Assembly: GCA_043228905.1 (NCBI GenBank)
Contig: JBHGNT010000022.1
Coordinates: forward strand, 12,276,001 to 12,340,000
Direction: 5' to 3'
DNA: 64,000 nt
From: Azolla caroliniana
Lineage: Eukaryota; Plantae; Polypodiophyta
Shown here: positions 63,090 through 64,000 of the stretch, in pieces
Layout: every line of letters begins with the position of its first letter
Numbering within the stretch: the stretch's first letter is position 1
Notes under the pieces: model-generated
The model's database searches: none
Seen by the model: the letters and a program-made list of their open reading frames with translations, nothing else
What the model was told of the DNA's origin: nothing
Made by a program: the position numbers and the translations under genes

Positions 63090-64000
63090 GCAATTGGGGG
63101 GAGCTGGAATATTGAACTTATCTATGCATATGATGGCTCGTAGATTTTCATTATTACAAGACATGTGTTCAAACTCACAACCATGGATATCTATTGTTCA
63201 ATATTTCATTGAGAACAAGGGTTTAACACATAGGAGGACAACAATTAAGGCTTCATGGTGGCAATTATTGAATGGATGTATTTCACTTAGGATTCTGGGC
63301 TTTTCATGTGTTCAACACTTGGTTACATCATGGCAAGAAGCACTCTTATTATGTGTATGGAAACCATCATCTAGTAAAGAGCATTGTAATCCTTTGCAAA
63401 AAGAGTTACTTGTGTCTTCTCATTTATTATGTTGGCTAGGAAAGGAGAGATTGTGTTCTCAAATTAATCGTTTGTTTTGTTTGGGGGTCAAAGAGGTGGG
63501 AGATATAGTTAGGGCTCCATCTCAAAGAATTTGGAGTTTGTTGAAGCGTGATAGTTATTATGCATCCCGCCTAATTATGGGTTTATTTGGTAACAACTAC
63601 AAAATATTGCATTGATGCAAGGTTCCTTACCTCTACAAACAAAAGAACAATCGTGGATTGATTGGTGTTTACGAGGTCAAATGTCGTTGTTATAAGTGAC
63701 TACCAATCTTTTGTATCATTACTCTGTTGAGTCTCTTGGATGGCTATCATCTAAGGCTGAAGAATAATGGAAAATATACAAATCTAATCATGGGTGGTGA
63801 AAGATCTTACAACGTAATTGGCATTCTAAATTGCCCCTTGTAGCAAAGGTCTTCATTTGGAGAGTTTTGATTGGAGGATTGCCTTTGGGATTAGCTCTAA
63901 AGCATTGTGGACTAGCAACGGGTAGTTGCTTTTTTTGCATTGTTCAAATGGAAGATAGTACTCATCGATTTATACAATGTTCGATTGATTGTTAGATTTG
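63090..64000 (+). mobile_element. LINE ORF2 fragment (post-RT GGxG region to zf-RVT), runs off the window
   Basis: PKQLGGAGILNL and KVFIWRVLIGGLPLG..SCFFCIVQMEDSTHRFIQC. Homologous to 62350-62650. Confidence 0.8.

Overview
Eukaryotic plant genomic DNA. A non-seed plant such as a fern is inferred from the Tcn1-like chromovirus and overall TE content; this is not proven. Host genes are sparse. There are three intact two-exon PR-10/Bet v1-like genes (256-849 +, 24124-24727 -, 53190-53794 -) with the family's codon-62 intron, one PR-10 pseudogene, a decayed PLS-class PPR gene, and a seven-exon WAT1-related/UMAMIT (EamA, MtN21) transporter (57485-61116 -). Most of the rest is nested retrotransposons. 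A LINE is split exactly in its RT FADD motif by a chromodomain Gypsy. There are four Copia elements, one nearly intact with a TGGGA TSD, plus an Athila-like Gypsy with a large extra ORF, solo-LTR-like pieces and LINE 3' fragments. The most notable signals are: (1) the chromovirus has a Tf1-type self-priming site and an antisense tRNA-like Pol III promoter in both LTRs; (2) a tRNA-Arg 3' end is embedded next to the Athila PPT; (3) the PR-10 proteins are His-rich and lack the glycine P-loop; (4) two PR-10 copies share a sharply bounded near-identical tract. All calls were made by eye from the sequence and ORF track; no database searches were run.
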